Source: Tricharina praecox (lineage: Eukaryota). From it: a stretch of DNA of 64,000 bases. Location: the NCBI RefSeq assembly GCF_024521635.1, contig NW_026250415.1, positions 186,001 through 250,000 on the forward strand. Reading direction: 5' to 3'. A program made the translations under genes and the position numbers. The notes under the pieces are model-generated. The model ran no database searches. It had not been told where the DNA came from and saw only the letters and a program-made list of their open reading frames with translations. Of the stretch, positions 21,743 through 34,158 are shown in pieces. Position 1 is the first letter of the stretch. Each line of letters starts with the position of its first letter.

Positions 21743-23383
21743 GAGTTTTTTCCCATGTGGTTTTTCTCGAACTCGGGCAGGTAGTAGGATGAAGGGGTTG
21801 GAGGACTTCATCCACAGTTATCAAGTTAGGATAAAGGCGAGGACTTGGGTGCTTCGGGCCGAAGCCTCGTGGGAGGGGAGATGGTGTGACACCCCGATAG
21901 GTATCGGAGGTCACGACGGTCGCAAGAGATGTGATTCGATAGTTCGGGTGATTAGAATAGAGTTGCGAGCCGAAAGGATAGTTAGACGCGATCAAGGACA
22001 AGATAGGAAGGAGGGAGCAAACGGATTCCAGAGTCTAGACAGTAATCGGAGATGCGGGAGATCGGGATAACAGTCCAGAGGACTCTGAGATCTTCGTTCA
22101 TAGGGCCCCGCAGTAGGAACTCCGATCCAGGGAAAAACTGTTATGACGAGAGAATCGAACATCAACCGATGGGGGCAGACAACTTCAAGCGAAGAATTCT
22201 GCCGGCGCATGAGGGAAATAATTGCTCGGAAACTCCGATCTATCTTGGGCGCGTGGTGTTTACCACCTGCCTAGTCGAGAAGACTATCCGAAGAGAGCTG
22301 ACGACGACTCAAGGCTAGGCCGCGGAACTCCGATGCAAAGGAAGCAACTGAGCTACGTTAGGCCGCACTCTAGAGGAATCACGTGCTGAGGATCGGGACG
22401 ACTATAAGCCGAACCGAGCGGGCAACCGAACAAAACTACCATCATCGCACCGAACAAACCATCGAACAAACACCCTAAGATTATTCCGTTGTGAATTGTC
22501 GAAATCCCTGACTTTTATTCTATCCTCGATATCACCATAGACTCCGACGGCACCAACCCGTCCCAGTTTCACATAGATAGTATTCTTTCTTTCACAAGCG
22601 GAATAATCTTAAGGGGTAGTGTCGATGGTTTTCTGGTTGCTGATTCTGATGAATCTTTCGCCGTGTCGTCGGAAGTCTATATAGTTGGGTGATTTGGTCG
22701 AGTCACGTGCCGGCCGTTGCCGTAGCTTGTTGCCGGATGGAACCCTGGCGTGAAATCTCTCCACTTGGTGCGGAGACTTTCTCCGCCATGTCATCAGAGT
22801 CGTCGTAAGCCTTCAGGATAGTTTATACAAACTAGGCAGGTATGGCGCACCAATCCTTACCCGAGCATAGTCCGGTTTCAGCTATCTCCCCGCTGGGCAA
22901 CGGCTGCGCCTTTCGGCACGGCTCTTATTTGCTTAAGACGCGAGAAGAGGGGCAACACTCGTCATAGTGGTTTTTCTCCGATCAGAGTTTCCTCTGCGCT
23001 TATTCCGCGATTCGCCTGCCTCAAGTCAAGGATGACTGTATCGGACTTTTCGTGCGTATCGCTGCGCCTCCGATCCCACCTAGACTCTGGTTCCGTTTGC
23101 TTCCTTCCTTCCTATCTCGTCTCTGACTAGCTACGACTAATCTAAAAAATCCCCTCCTGTTCCCCGATCTATCTAACTATCTTTCCTGAACTCCCGTTGG
23201 TAAGCAGCCGGACTCTGAAGTCGGGCTGACTGCGACCAGGGTGTCACACCATCTCCCCTCTCCGACGCTTTCGTCCCGAAGCGTGCGGAGTTCTATCTAG
23301 TCTATATACGGTGAATGCAGTCCTCCAACCCCTGCATCCTACTATCGCTCGACTCAAGAGAAAAACCCAGTGGGAAAAAACTC

Positions 23384-26300
23384 TCAGTCTTCTGTGAGCT
23401 GATAGTCCCTCGGCGCGTCCGGATTCTTGCGGTGGAATTCCCGCAGTTTCTCCCGACCACCTACTGAAAAGTTGTCGAAAGGCTCATGAGTCCAATCCCG
23501 TTTGCTGGGATAGTTGAGCCATTTCACGAGGTAGAGTACGCGCCGTCCTTTCTTGGTGCTACCCATAACCTCCTCGACATCGTATTCCCCATTGCTCTCG
23601 ACGTCATCCGCTTCCCGGAGTATTTTCGACGGGTCGGGGGGATCTCGGTTGCCTGCTCGGTAGGGTTCGACAAGCGAGACATGGAAGACATTGTGTATCT
23701 TCCATTTCCGCGGTAGCGTGAGCTTGACGGCGAGGGGGGAAACGATCTTCTCGATTTGGAACGGGCCATGATTTTTGTGGTCCAGTTTCCTCGAGGGGCG
23801 GCGGGTTTGTATATTCCGTCCGCTGAGCATTACCAGGTGTCCTACCTGATAAGCGGGGGCCTCTTGGCGACGTTGGTCGGCGTAGCGGCGCATGCGTTCC
23901 TGTGCTTGCTCAAGCGACTTGATGGTCTCCTCGTGCACAGTCTGCATCCAGTGCGCATAGACCGTGCTGGCGGGGTTGAGGGGGTTCGTCGCAGCAGGTC
24001 CGCTAGCTGTTGGGTGGAATCCGTAGTTCGCGTAGAACGGCGAGAATCCAGTAGCCGTGGTGACCGAGTTATTGTAGGCAAACTCAGCCATGGGGAGGAG
24101 GCTAACCCAGTTGTCTTGGTCTTTGTTGACGAAGCAGCGGAGGTATGCTTCGATCGTCTGGTTGAGGCGTTCTGTTTGCCCGTCTGTTTGGGGGTGAAAC
24201 GCCGTAGACATCCTTGCCTTGATGCCTAAAAGCTTCATAAATTCTTTCCACGTATCCGACGTGAAGCGGGAATCTCTGTCTGATACAATATCCGAGGGTA
24301 GGCCGTGGAAGCGCCAGATTTCGCGGGCAAAGATTTTCGCGAGGTCGCTGGCTGTCTTGCCGTCCTTTCGTAGGGGAATGAAATGAGCCATCTTGGTGAA
24401 TCGGTCGATGACTACCCAGAGTTGGTCGCATTCCTCAGACTCGGGTGGATCGGTTATGAAGTCCATAGCGATGGATTGCCATGGAGCGTAAGGCAGTTCG
24501 AGGGGGTTTAGGAGTCCATAGGGTTGGTGTCGCGCTGTCTTGTTTTTTTGACATTCAGGACAGCCACGCACGAAGTCGACGATGGCTTCGTCCATTTTTG
24601 GCCACCAAAAGTTGCGTCGAATCAACTCGATCGTCTTGTCCTGGCCCATATGGCCGGCGACTTTGGTATCGTGCTCTGACTCCAGGATCTGCTGGATCAG
24701 GCCTTTGTTGTTCGGTATCCACAACTTCTCCTTCCGGTACACACATCCATCTTCCACCCTCAGTATCCCGCCCTTTCGGCTCATCCGTTCAGAGTCTCTG
24801 CTCCGAACGGCATCCTCCTTGACCTTGCGGTCATTCGGCACGGAATTCCCACGTGCCGCTACCACCTTACCCTTTCCGGTATTCGGCTCCTGTTCCTCAG
24901 AAGCCGCTTCACCAACACTTTTGAGAGCTTTCTCCCACTCAGCGTCAGATCCTCCCTTCTCGCGCACCAACTCCAAAAACTCCAAAGACCATTTCCGTGT
25001 TGGGGTAGAGGTTAGCCGTACCGACGAGATCAGAAACGAGGTACCGTGTCCAGCCGTGCTGATCGAAGAGACATTGTTCTTTCCTGCAAAGTGTTTTCCG
25101 TGCAGGATCGTCGTGATTGGTTGATCCTCACCCCCCCCTTTTTCAGGGCGGTATTCCGGGCGCTGGGAAAGAGCATCAGGTTTTCCATTCTGGTTTCCGG
25201 GTCGGTAGTAGATCTTGAAATCGATGCCGGCGAGCTCCTGTGCCCATCGTGCCTGGCGTCGATTGAGTACTTTTGTGGTTGTGAAGTACTCGAGGTTCTG
25301 GTGGTCGCTAAAGACTTGCACTTGGTGCTGTGCGCCTTCGAGGTATCGTCTCCAGTGCTTAAAAGCGTCTACAATGGCGAGTAGCTCTTTGTCGTGGATT
25401 TCGTAGTTGATTTCCGCGGGAGAGAATTTCCTCGAATGGTAGGCGACAGGGTGCAGTCTTCCTTCTTCATCCTTCTGGGATAGGACGGCACCGAGGGCAA
25501 AATCGGATGCGTCTGTTTCAACGATAACTGGTTCATTGGGTTGGAAGTGGGCCAGTATCGGAGCGGTAGTGAAGCGTTTCTTCAGATCGTCAAAGGATTT
25601 CTGCATCTCGGGCGTCCATTGCCAATCCTTCTTATCACCTTTCGTAGACTCCGTCAACGGGCGCGCGACCCTCGAGTAGTCCTTGATGAAGCGGCGATAG
25701 AAGTTAGCAAAGCCCAGAAAGGATTGAACGTCTCGCAGGGACCGGGGTACTTCCCACTCAAGCACACTTTCCACTTTGTCCCCTGCCATCTTGATTCCTT
25801 CTCGGCCGACTATGTAGCCGCGGAATTCCACCTCATGCTTCCTCCACTCGCATTTTTCCGCTGATACGGCCAGTTTGTTAGCCGTCAGACGTCGCAGGAC
25901 TTCTTTGACTATTTCATCATGCTCCGCCCTGGTAGAGGCGTAGATGAGAAGGTCGTCAATATAGGTAACGAGGCCGAGATCAATCATGTCCCGGAAGATA
26001 TGATTAATCATGTCCTGGAAGGTAGCAGGTGCGTTGGACAGTCCAAACGGCATAACGAGAAATTCGTAGAGGCCATAACGTGTTCGGAATGCTGTCTTCC
26101 ACTCGTCCCCTTCTTTGATTCCTACCAGGTGATACCCATTCTGCAGGTCAATCTTGGTGAAGAACTGTGCTCCACGGATCCTGTCTTGTAGTTCAGACAT
26201 GAGTGGGAGTGGGTATCGATTGGCGATAGTGACGCGGTTGAGTCCTCGATAGTCGACGCAAAGGCGAAGACCACGTCCATGGGCTTTCGGGACAAAGAGA

Positions 26301-27190
26301 ATGGGGGCTCCCGTGCTGGAGGTGGACCGACGTATCTTTCCGGTCCTTAGCATGTCCTTCAACCATTCTCGGACGGCTTCGAGCTCTGCTTCCGAGAGGG
26401 CATAGATCGGACCCCAAGGAGGTGTGGTATCTTCCTTGAGCCGGATCTCGTGGTCGTAGGAGCGGTGTTCCGGAAGTGCATCTGCGGCTTCTTTTCCCAT
26501 GATATCAAGAAACTCGCGGAATTCTTCCGGTATCTGTTCCAAGGGGTCCGTCGCCAGCTCAACGGCCGCGACGTATCCTATTACCCTAGCGTCCGGATTG
26601 TTTGCAATCTCCGGGTCATAGCTTAGGGGAAACTCCGTTGCTGCGTGCTTGGTGCAGTTCTTCAAACAGGAGGGGCTGTTGAAGCGGAGTTCGGGGGTGT
26701 CCCAAGCACCTTGTGGGGTGTGCTTGGCTATCCACCAGTAGGGGAGGAATGCGTCCACTCCCGGTTCGAGGGAGGTCGTCTCGAAGACTTCTTGGGAGTA
26801 GTGGTTCCGGTGTTGGAGGAGAAGGGGCATCGTATAATATTGGCCGCCCTCTTTGATGGGTTCGCCGGTAAAGCCACGCAAGCTGACGGCTTGTTCGTGC
26901 TTCTGCCGGGGAATCTTTAACCGCGACGATAGGGAGGAGTCCAGGAGGGGGGTAGAACAGCCGGTGTCTAGTAACACTCGGATTCGGCTTTGTTGTTTGT
27001 TGCCCCAGTGTAACATCATCTCCACTATCGTTCGGTTTCCGTTTCTTGGCTTGGGCGCGGACGTAGGGGTTGTCCGTCTTCGCTTATCCCGTTCGTTTTT
27101 CTCGGGTTCGGGACCCGGCCGTTTTCTGGATGTGCCGCATATATACACCGTGGTCTTAGGCTGCGGCATGCCTTGACCTAACAAAAATCC
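23384..27190 (-). CDS. pol: Family C Pol (protease, RT, RNase H, integrase, chromodomain), open but with suspicious substitutions
   Basis: 1266-aa ORF with LLDTGC, YIDD, TDASD, QTDGQTER and YLVKWLNY; substitutions such as VEFRGY and ITDPPES at positions conserved in family A. Confidence 0.92.
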   Translation of the reverse strand, partial: GFLLGQGMPQPKTTVYICGTSRKRPGPEPEKNERDKRRRTTPTSAPKPRNGNRTIVEMMLHWGNKQQSRIRVLLDTGCSTPLLDSSLSSRLKIPRQKHEQAVSLRGFTGEPIKEGGQYYTMPLLLQHRNHYSQEVFETTSLEPGVDAFLPYWWIAKHTPQGAWDTPELRFNSPSCLKNCTKHAATEFPLSYDPEIANNPDARVIGYVAAVELATDPLEQIPEEFREFLDIMGKEAADALPEHRSYDHEIRLKEDTTPPWGPIYALSEAELEAVREWLKDMLRTGKIRRSTSSTGAPILFVPKAHGRGLRLCVDYRGLNRVTIANRYPLPLMSELQDRIRGAQFFTKIDLQNGYHLVGIKEGDEWKTAFRTRYGLYEFLVMPFGLSNAPATFQDMINHIFRDMIDLGLVTYIDDLLIYASTRAEHDEIVKEVLRRLTANKLAVSAEKCEWRKHEVEFRGYIVGREGIKMAGDKVESVLEWEVPRSLRDVQSFLGFANFYRRFIKDYSRVARPLTESTKGDKKDWQWTPEMQKSFDDLKKRFTTAPILAHFQPNEPVIVETDASDFALGAVLSQKDEEGRLHPVAYHSRKFSPAEINYEIHDKELLAIVDAFKHWRRYLEGAQHQVQVFSDHQNLEYFTTTKVLNRRQARWAQELAGIDFKIYYRPGNQNGKPDALSQRPEYRPEKGGGEDQPITTILHGKHFAGKNNVSSISTAGHGTSFLISSVRLTSTPTRKWSLEFLELVREKGGSDAEWEKALKSVGEAASEEQEPNTGKGKVVAARGNSVPNDRKVKEDAVRSRDSERMSRKGGILRVEDGCVYRKEKLWIPNNKGLIQQILESEHDTKVAGHMGQDKTIELIRRNFWWPKMDEAIVDFVRGCPECQKNKTARHQPYGLLNPLELPYAPWQSIAMDFITDPPESEECDQLWVVIDRFTKMAHFIPLRKDGKTASDLAKIFAREIWRFHGLPSDIVSDRDSRFTSDTWKEFMKLLGIKARMSTAFHPQTDGQTERLNQTIEAYLRCFVNKDQDNWVSLLPMAEFAYNNSVTTATGFSPFYANYGFHPTASGPAATNPLNPASTVYAHWMQTVHEETIKSLEQAQERMRRYADQRRQEAPAYQVGHLVMLSGRNIQTRRPSRKLDHKNHGPFQIEKIVSPLAVKLTLPRKWKIHNVFHVSLVEPYRAGNRDPPDPSKILREADDVESNGEYDVEEVMGSTKKGRRVLYLVKWLNYPSKRDWTHEPFDNFSVGGREKLREFHRKNPDAPRDYQLTED

Positions 27191-29166
27191 TGCTCCTCGT
27201 CCGAACCTTCCGCCCAGACGGGAGGGACATCTCTCATGGCCTCGTCCCTGATATCCACTGCAGCGGTTTTGGGTGCCTTGGATTTTGGTGGTTCCAACGA
27301 GTCATTTGCGCCGCGCTTTCGCTTGTTTGCGCCTGCGATTTTTCGTGGGGCTGGGGGAAGTTGGGTGTTACCGACCGTCTTCGCTGCATAGCAGGCAAGC
27401 GCTCGGTGTCCTTCTCTTCCACATCTCATGCAGCCACCGGATTTCTTGTGGGCGTCTATCTCCTGCTGAGGGACCCCATCCAATGCTGCCTTCATCCCAT
27501 CCCAGATCCCCTCCTCTTTACCCGTCCGGGAACCGGACTGACCACCTCGGCTCGAATCTCCCTTCGGCCGGTGGTCCTCCTTTTTCTTTCCCTGGCTTTT
27601 CGGCCCCTTGCCAGATTCCTTCGAGCTACCACTCGAACTCTGGCCACCCGATCCACCCCTCTCCTTTGATTTCAGCAGCGCCTTCTTGCCCTCCACGTGC
27701 CGTCCTGCTTCGTAGGTCGCTTGTAGGAACGGCTCGTCTTCCCGGAAGATTCCCGCGTTCTGGGCAAAGCGCATATCGATGATATCAGCAGGCATGGCTT
27801 TATCGATCATCTCCTGCAAGGCTTCTCCGGTGACTTGAGCGTGGAGATTCAACGCTCTGAATGAGGTGAGGTATGATTTGATATCTCCCTTGTAACGAAG
27901 GGCCCACATCTTGTCCAATGCCTCTCCGGCCTCACGGGGGTCCAGGTATTCTTCCTGAATAGCGTCTGCGTACGCTTGCCAGGTGTCCCGACGTCGCAAG
28001 GTCCTTCGCCGTGCCTGGTGCCATTCCAGTGCCTCATGGGTAAGCAATGTGCCTATCCACACGATGTGCTGGCGGTCCTCGGTCCGCGGATAGAAGTCAA
28101 GCTATTCTTCCACCGCGTCCCACCAAGGGCGGAAGGGGGTGGTAGGCTTCCCGTCAAAGCTCTTTGGATTGCTGAGACGGAGCTTTTGCACTCCTTCTTG
28201 GGATGCTCTGAATGCTTCCGAGAGAACTCTAGCGAAGCAGCGTTCGTCAGTCTCGTTAGGTTCGGGAGATGCGCGAGTCTCCCTCGGTCGGCGCGGAGGA
28301 GGGCTTGACGAATGCCTGTTGTCTTCGTCCATCGGGTCGTCGTCCGATGGCGGCCCACCTGGGGGAAGTACTGGAGGTCTCGGGGGGATTGGGGGTGCTC
28401 CTCCACGGCCGGTGCCACTACTCTGAGGTGGTGGGTAAGAGTCCGTTGACTCAGATCTTCGCGGGCTCCTGTGGGCCCACGGGGGTGTAGCGTCGCGGGG
28501 TGCCCGGCCGCGAAGGGAGACTTCTCGGGTTGCCCTTTTTGTTTTGGCTAATGCGTCTGCGAGTTTCTTCTGTTCTGACGCGAGCCGAGCCGTCTCTGCT
28601 TCCTGCTGTGCTGCCCATCTTTCCAGGTTTTGTCGGTACTGGGCCTGCTCCCGTTGGCGTTCGAGATCTGCCGTCTGGAGGAATACCATCGCGTCTTTCA
28701 TGCGTGCATTCGCTTCCTCCTGGATGAAGATTCGCCGTGTGGCATCGTTCGTTTTTTCGGTGATCATGTACCAGACATCGCTACTGAAGGCCTGCGCCGC
28801 GTTCGCGATTGCGGATAGCTCCGTGCGCAACCATTCTTGTTGGACCGTTGCGTCTGAGTTCTGGAGGTCGAACAGGTACTGGCAACCGCGATAGAGTGCC
28901 TCGTAGTTTTGTTCGATTTCTCGCATTCGGCGGTTCCCGTGGTCGAAGGTTTTGTCACAGGCGACGTAGAGGGATCGGAGGTCCCTTTGCGCCGTGCGAT
29001 GGAGGTTGATCATCATCCGGACCCAGTCTGCGGGGCTGCGAACTTCGACGGTTGAGTCATCGATAGAGGTATCATTGATGACCTCTTGGAGGGATCGTGA
29101 GCGCTCCAGTCGGAGCATATCCACGTTGGAGGAGGGTGCGGCAATCGGTCTAGAGGGGGATGCCAT
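27178..29166 (-). pseudogene. gag: Family C Gag with an in-frame TAG at 28102-28104
   Basis: Collinear with A Gag (WWDAVEE*LDFYP versus WWDSVEEYLEFHP); zinc knuckle CMRCGREGHRALAC. Confidence 0.9.
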
Positions 29167-29956
29167 TTCGTAGGTGGTAATTCTTCAGAAAAGGATCGAT
29201 TTTTCTTAAGATTATAGTGTGAGACTGGAACGATTTCGGTCGTCGGAGTCGATTGATAGAATAGGGTAAGAATGAAGATAGATAGTATTCTTTCTTTCAC
29301 AAGCGGAATAATCTTAAGGGGTAGTGTCGATGGTTTTCTGGTCGCTGATTCTGATGATCAATCTTTCGTCGTGTCGTCGGAAGTCTATATAGTTGGGTGA
29401 TGTGATCGAGTCACGTGCCGGCCGTTGCCGTAGCTTGTTGCCGGATGGAGCCCTGGCGTGAAATCTCTGCACTTGGTGCGGAGACTTTGTCCGCCATGTC
29501 ATCAGAGTCGTCGCAAGCCTTCAGGATAGTTTATACAAACTAGGCAGGTATGGCGCGCCAATCCTTACCCGAGCATAGTCCGGTTTCAGCTATCTCCCCG
29601 CTGGGCAACGGCTGCGCCTTTCGGCACGGCTCTTATTTGCTTAAGACGCGAGAAGAGGGGCAACACTCGTCATAGTGGTTTTTCTCCGATCAGAGTTTCC
29701 TCTGCGCTTATTCCGCGATTCGCCTGCCTCAAGTCAAGGATGACTGTATCGGACTTTTCGTGCGTATCGCTGCGCCTCCGATCCCACCTAGACTCTGGTT
29801 CCGTTTGCTTCCTTCCTTCCTATCTCGTCTCTGACTAGCTACGACTAATCTAAAAAATCCCCTCCTGTTCCCCGATCTATCTGACTATCTTTCCTGAACT
29901 CCCGTTGGTAAGCAGCCGGACTCTGAAGTCGGGCCGACTGCGACCAGGGTGTCACA

Positions 29957-30671
29957 TAGCGTTGCGGACGAGACGGCCACCGAACATTCCAATGCTACGC
30001 CAGGAAAACAGTCGCGGGTACCGAACTCCCCGAGAGTCCAAAGGTGTCGTCCGTGACAAAGAGAAAGCAAGACACCCAGGACGCGAAACCCAGTGAACCG
30101 AGGTCCAAGCAACACAAGGCTGCGGCGGTTGTGATTGAGGATGAAGCTATGACGGAGGCCCCTCCATTCTGGGAAAGGAATGAGAGTGAGCCGGAGGATT
30201 TTTGAGTGGCCCCAGCACTCCGCAGACTGGGCGGCCAAGTGTATATGTTTGCGGACCGAAGAGACCAAAGCCTCAGGATATCGGCAGCTAATCCAGAGAT
30301 AAGCGCAGTCAGATGATCTAACCTATTTCTACGAGTCCAACCGCGCCAAGCGCCTCAGGGTGTGAGCCCCAAAAACCTGTCAGCGGACCACGACCAATCA
30401 TAGAAATGATGCTCCTCTGGTCTGAGCACAAGCGACGACGGATCCGAGTACTCCTCGACACAGGATGTGCCATTCCAATCATCAAACGAAGCCTTGCACG
30501 AGAACTTGGGTTGCCCCTCATTAAACGACTCAAGCCGGTGGAGATCAAGGACTTCCACGGAACCATAGTGGAAGGAGCCGGGGAATATTATACAATGCCG
30601 ATGCTCCTCCAACACCGGAGACACTACACCAAAGAAACCTTCAAAGTGGCTCCCTTGGACGACTGCGATGC
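29957..30671 (+). pseudogene. Old family A copy (O): end of gag, frameshift site and protease; continuation of 34159-35815
   Basis: Resumes the Gag zinc knuckle exactly where 35815 stops; GGATTTTTGA site; LLDTGC; cut by the LTR at 30672. Confidence 0.88.
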
Positions 30672-31360
30672 TGTGACACCCCGATAGGTATCGGAGGTCA
30701 CGACGGTCGCAAGAGACGTGATTAGATAGTTCGGGTGATTAGAATAGAGTTGCGAGCCGAAAGGATAGTTAGAAGCGATCAAGGACAAGATAGGAAGGAG
30801 GGAGCAAACGGATTCCAGAGTCTAGACAGTGATCGGAGATGCGGGAGATCGGGATAACAGTCCACAGGACTTTGAGATCTCCGATCATAGGGCCCCGCAG
30901 TAGGAACTCCGATCCAGGAAAAAACTGTTATGACGAGAGAATCGAACATCGACCGATGGGGGCAGACAACTTCGAGCGAAGAACTCTGCCGGCGCATGAG
31001 GGAGATAATTGCTCGGAAACTCCGATCTATCTTGGGCGCGTGGTGTTTACCACCTGCCTAGTCGAGAAGACTATCCGAAGAGAGCTGACGACGACTCAAG
31101 GCTAGGCCGCGGAACTCCGATGCAAAGGAAGCAACGGAGCTACGTTAGGCCGCACTCTAGAGGAATCACGTGCTGAGGATCGGGACGACTATAAGTCGAA
31201 CCGAGCGGGCAACCGAACAAAACTACAATCATCGCACCGAACAAACCATCGAACAAACACCCTAAGATTATTCCGTTGTGAATTATCGAAATCCCTGACT
31301 TTTATTCTATCCTCGATTTTACTATAGACTCCGACGACACAAACCCGTCCCAGTCTCACA
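30672..31360 (+). mobile_element. Isolated family A LTR with non-matching flanks (GATGC / CCGTG)
   Basis: Full 689-bp LTR with no adjacent PBS or PPT. The right flank matches the left flank of the LTR at 54088. Confidence 0.93.
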
Positions 31361-34158
31361 CCGTGGTCTCTTCGTTCCGCAAACATATACACCTGGCCGT
31401 CCAGTCTGCGGAGTGCTGGGGCCGCTCAAAAATCCTCCGGCTCACTCTCATTCCCTTCCCAGAATGGAGGCGCCTCCGTCATTGCTTCATCCTCCACCAC
31501 AACCGCCGCAGCCTTGTGTTGCTTGGACCTCGGTCGAGTGGGTTCGGCATCCTGGGTGTCCCGCTTTCTCTTTGTCACGGATGACACCTTTGGACTTTCG
31601 GGGAGTTCGGTACCCGCGACTGTTTTTCTGGCGTAGCATTGGAAGGTTCGGTGGCCGTCTCGTCCGCAACGCCAACAGTCGCACTTGGATGCTTTGTGGG
31701 CATCGATCTCCTTCTGGGGAACCCCTACCAGAGCCTCCTTTGCTCCTGCGTAGATGTCCCCTTCCCTTGTCCTTCCCCTCCTGACTCCTGTTGCTTCCTT
31801 GGCCTTTCGGCCCTCCGGGGACTCCCCGCTTTCCTTGCGGCCCCCGGGGTCTCTGCCCTTTCCTTGGCCCTGCCGGCCGTTGCCAGGTCCCTTCCGGTCG
31901 CCGCCGGAACCCTGGCTACCCGATCCCCCTTTCCTCATTGCCCTTGGCTTCTTCAGCGCGTCCCGTCGTTCCACATGGTTGCCAGCCCTGAGCACCGTTT
32001 CCAGGAAGTCTTCATCGTCTTCGTAGGGTTCGGTGTGCTGGTTGAAGCACATATCGACGATGTCGGTAGTCATGGCCTGGTTGACTATGTCTTGTAGCGG
32101 TTCGCCGGTGGCGCGAGCCATCATGTTGAGCGATCGGAAGGAGGTCATGTAAGCCTGAATGTCTCCTTTGTATTCGAGGGCCCACATCCTTCTTAATGCG
32201 TTCGCTCCTTCCTGCGTGTCGCGGTACGCCTCCTTGAGTGCCTCTTGGTACGCCTGCCAGGTATCTTCCAAGTGTAGCTGCCTCAGGCTTTTTCGACAGG
32301 CCTGATGCCATTCTGCCGCTGTCCCTTCCAGTCAGGATCCCACCCACGCTATCTTCTGCTGCTCGTTTGTCTCTGGGTGGAACTCAAGATATTCTTCGAC
32401 TGAGTCCCACCATGGACGGAAGGCTGTCCTTTGCTTGCCATCGAACGGCTTGGGCTCTTTCATTTTAAGCTTGATGGCCCTCGGGTTCGATGCGGAGACA
32501 GCAGCAGCGATGATCCGAGCGAAGCGACTCTCTTCGTCTTCGTCGTCTTCTCTTGGTAGCGGAGCGTGTCGGTGACGGGGCGGCGAACGACGCGGCAAGG
32601 GGATGGAATCGTCATCATCCGATGGTTCCTCATCCGAGGGATCACCTCCAAGGTTAGTCACCGGACGTCTTGGGGGTGGAGGAGGAGGGGACATTCCTGC
32701 ACCTGCCGGAGTTTCCCTTGTTGCTGACCTTTCTGCCCGCGATCCTCCTCTTGGGGTAGTGTTTACCCACTCCGGGGCCTTTTCCTTCGCCTTCCCTGTC
32801 CTTACCTCTACAGCCTTCAATTTTTTCTCTGCTCGAGCGATTTTTTCCTTGATTCGCTGTTGCTCCTTGTAGAGGTATTCTGCCTTCTCTTCCTGTTTCC
32901 CTGCCCAAATTTCCACGTTGCGGTTGTACACCGCTTGCTCCCTGCGTTGTTCGACTTGCGCCGTTTCGAGGAACACGATGGCGTCTTGTAGCCGAGCGTT
33001 TGCGACGCTTTGCAACTCGCGGTTGTCTTCGTCTTTCTGGTTACGTTCTCGAATGACTGCCCATACGTCGCTGCTCAGGGCGTGCGTCGCGTTCGCTACC
33101 GTTGACAGCTCGGTTCGAAGCCATTCTGTATTCATTTCGGCATTGTGAGCGTAGAGGTTGTACACATACTTGACCCCATCGCAGAGTTGTTCGTAGTTCC
33201 TTCTGATTTCCTGCATTCGGGAGTCCTCTTCGTTGAACTTCTGATCGCATGCTTGGTAAAGCTGGCGCAGGTCTCTTTGTGCCGTTTGGTATTGGTGGTT
33301 CATCAGCCTGAGCCAGGCTGCCGGGTTTCGTACTTCGACGGTTTCGGATGCTTGCGGGATGCTAACGAGCGCATTGCTCAGGGTCTGAGGAAGTTCGAGG
33401 CGGAGCATGTCGAGGTTTGAGGAGGACATTTTCGATAGAAATCGGTGACTGTAACCTTAAGATTATAGTGTGAGACTGGGACGGGTTTGTGTCGTCGGAG
33501 TCTATAGTAAAATCGAGGATAGAATAAAAGTCAGGGATTTCGATAATTCACAACGGAATAATCTTAAGGGTGTTTGTTCGATGGTTTGTTCGGTGCGATG
33601 ATTGTAGTTTTGTTCGGTTGCCCGCTCGGTTCGACTTATAGTCGTCCCGATCCTCAGCACGTGATTCCTCTAGAGTGCGGCCTAACGTAGCTCAGTTGCT
33701 TCCTTTGCATCGGAGTTCCGCGGCCTAGCCTTGAGTCGTCGTCAGCTCTCTTCGGATAGTCTTCTCGACTAGGCAGGTGGTAAACACTACGCGCCCAAGA
33801 TAGATCGGAGTTTCCGAGCAATTATCTCCCTCATGCGCCGGCAGAGTTCTTCGCTCGAAGTTGTCTGCCCCCATCGGTCGATGTTCGATTCTCTCGTCAT
33901 AACAGTTTTTTCCTGGATCGGAGTTCCTACTGCGGGGCCCTATGATCGGAGATCTCAAAGTCCTCTGGACTGTTATCCCGATCTCCCGCATCTCCGATCA
34001 CTGTCTAGACTCTGGAATCCGTTTGCTCCCTCCTTCCTATCTTGTCCTTGATCGCTTCTAACTATCCTTTCGGCTCGCAACTCTATTCTAATCACCCGAA
34101 CTATCTAATCACATCTCTTGCGGCCGTCGTGACCTCCGATACCTATCGTTGTGTCACA
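31361..34158 (-). mobile_element. Family A copy A2, 5' half: 5' LTR 33469-34158, PBS, gag 33429-31426 (TGA at 32332-32334), start of pol
   Basis: Reverse complement of the A1 5' region; breaks at CCGTG, and the same sequence resumes at 54087. Confidence 0.93.

Larger units (their letters stand above)
9010..22573 (+). mobile_element. Ty3/gypsy chromovirus family A, copy A1 (5' LTR 9010-9641 plus 15839-15895, split by B1; 3' LTR 21885-22573)
   Basis: TGTGA...TCACA LTRs, PBS 15898-15909, PPT GGGAGGGGAGATGG 21871-21884, gag and pol ORFs. Outer flanks TCGTC and TAGAT do not match. Confidence 0.93.
22574..29956 (-). mobile_element. Ty3/gypsy chromovirus family C (relative of A); 5' LTR 29218-29956, 3' LTR 22574-23248 with its last 66 bp displaced to 35816-35881
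   Basis: LTR pair, PPT at 23249-23260, PBS at 29205-29215 complementary to 29308-29318, TSD TGGCG (35811-35815) versus TAGCG (29957-29961) in the Gag zinc knuckle of the old A copy. Confidence 0.93.
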
